Assembly: GCA_951406725.2 (NCBI GenBank)
Contig: OX597842.1
Location: 4,836,001 to 4,900,000, forward strand
Length of the DNA: 64,000 nucleotides
Direction: 5' to 3'
Source: Octopus vulgaris
Taxonomy: Eukaryota
Each line of letters starts with the position of its first letter. The stretch's first letter is position 1. The position numbers and the translations under genes were made by a program. Shown here in pieces: positions 62,289 to 64,000 of the stretch. The notes below the pieces were generated by a model that saw nothing but the letters and a program-made list of their open reading frames with translations, made no database searches and was not told where the DNA came from.

Positions 62289-62668
62289 GGCGCAAGAGAG
62301 GCTGTGTGGTAAGTAGCTTGCTTACAAACCACATAGTTCCGGGTTCAGACCCACTGAGTGGCATCTTGGGCAAGTGTCTTATAGCCTCGGGCTGACCAAA
62401 GCCTTGTGAGTGGATTTGGAAACTGAAAGAAGCCCGTCGTATATATGTATATATATATGTATGTGTGTGTGTGTGTATACGTTTGTATGTTTGTGTTTGT
62501 CCCCCAACATTGCTTGATAACCGATGATGGTATGTTTACGTCCCCGTAACTTAGCAGTTCGGCAAAAGAGACCGATAGAATAAGTCCTGGGGTCGATTTG
62601 CTCGACTAAAGGCGTTGCTCCAGCATGGCCACAGTCAAATGACTGAAACTAGTAAAAGAGTAAAGAGA
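62289..62668 (+). mobile_element. Near full-length SINE family A
   Basis: Colinear with 5988-6377 from head to the GTAAAAGAGTAAAGAG tail. Confidence 0.9.
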
Positions 62669-64000
62669 TATGTATATTCTTACATTTATAACCACACACC
62701 CACATGTACATCAAATTGTATACAGACAAATACATGCTCATACTTATGTGTACGTATATTAATCTATACATACATTTATATTATATAGTAGCACTTACAC
62801 ACATGTACATGTATATACATAGATAGATACATATCAGTTTATGGCTGAGTGGTCTGGGACAATTGAAAGAGTAATTTGCTCAAGAACCCAAGTCCAGGAA
62901 TTGATACCACACTCTTGTGGTTGTGGCCTAAACTCCTGGCCACTAGTCCTCATTAGCCAATTACCTGGCATCAAAACATTTCTAGCATTAGTAGGAAGAC
63001 AGTTTACAATCTTCGCTAGCTATGTGTTTATGTTACTCTAATAGTTCTCATCTAGGGTCCATATTACCCCTGGGGTTACATTTAAGATTTTGGGGGCTCA
63101 ACACAACCAAAATTGAGTACACAATTCTCAAATTCTCAAATTTTTTTCCATAGTTCAGCCTCGATGAGTTAGTGTTTGAATAGCAAAATAGAAATTTCAA
63201 AAGAAGCATCTCTAAAACAAGCTTTTAAACAAGGATAAGCTATGGGGGTTCACTAGAATAAAACAGTAATCAAAGGGGCTCCACACAAGCAAAATAGTAA
63301 ATCAGGGATCTATTGTAAGGGTCCATGAAAAAGGTTTCTTGCTCATCAGAGCAAGAAACCTTTTACATAGTTCAACCTATACAAGTTAATGTGTGAAAAA
63401 CAAAACAGGAATTTTGAAAGAAGTGTCTATAAAACTAGTTTTTAAACATTGAATGGCTATAGGGGTCCACCAGAGCAAATTAGTAATCAAAAGGGTCCAT
63501 AGATAAGGAAAGGTTGAAAACCACTGTGCTACACAACGAATACTGGATTAGCCTTTCCTAGAGAATCGAGGTTCTTGGATTACCTTTTCAATTCACATCA
63601 GTCATCAGGTGTATCTTGCTCGAGAACAATGTTATGACTGATGCCTTTTCTCATCTAGAAATGTCAGCCCTACACACTATTTCTAATATTGCTTTCATAC
63701 ATATCACCATTGATGAGGAATTCCACTTGCTACTACGTGGTACCTCCTCTATTACTTTTGAGAAAGTCCATCTCCTTTTTCTCGTCTCAGCAACTGCACA
63801 AGTTCACCTGTTTTCTGTGAACTTTGCAACATGTCCAGCCCAGCTGATCTTGTGTTTTCAGTATTCTGCAATGAATTCATTCATTCTGCTCCATTCTGGA
63901 ATCATTTCCTCCTGGATATACTCTTAGAATGACATTCCTAGCATAGATCTTTCTATGACCCTTTGAGTCATAGCCGCTTGATGTTCTTCCTTCCCTGTGA

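Overview
This is AT-rich, microsatellite- and transposon-dense animal genomic DNA. The SINE/RTE/MITE content and the (TA)n/(CA)n load resemble an octopus (coleoid cephalopod) genome; that is an inference, not a database result. One spliced protein-coding gene is well supported on the + strand: a CNBP/ZNF9-family CCHC zinc-knuckle protein. Its coding exons are 31645-31777, 42160-42285, 48876-49080 and 49176-49290; they are phase-compatible and give 192 aa with eight CX2CX4HX4C knuckles. Candidate non-coding 5' exons lie at ~9.9 kb and 18466-18510, and the 3' UTR is probably long and structured (to ~55 kb). The rest is decayed LINEs (RTE, CR1-like, possibly Penelope), several tRNA-derived SINE families, hAT/piggyBac/Tc1-mariner/foldback MITEs, a Helitron and tandem repeats. 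The most interesting signals are RNA-structure ones around the gene. (i) A perfect 24-bp 3'-UTR duplex has a 5' arm with a second, competing partner 2.7 kb downstream (docking/selector-like). (ii) A candidate stop-containing exon and an in-frame 57-nt cassette exon are complementary to each other. (iii) Upstream-intron:exon duplexes could be ADAR substrates. There is also a minimal hammerhead-like motif and a PHD-like finger inside an RTE reverse transcriptase. All pairings were read by eye and need folding, conservation and RNA-seq checks.
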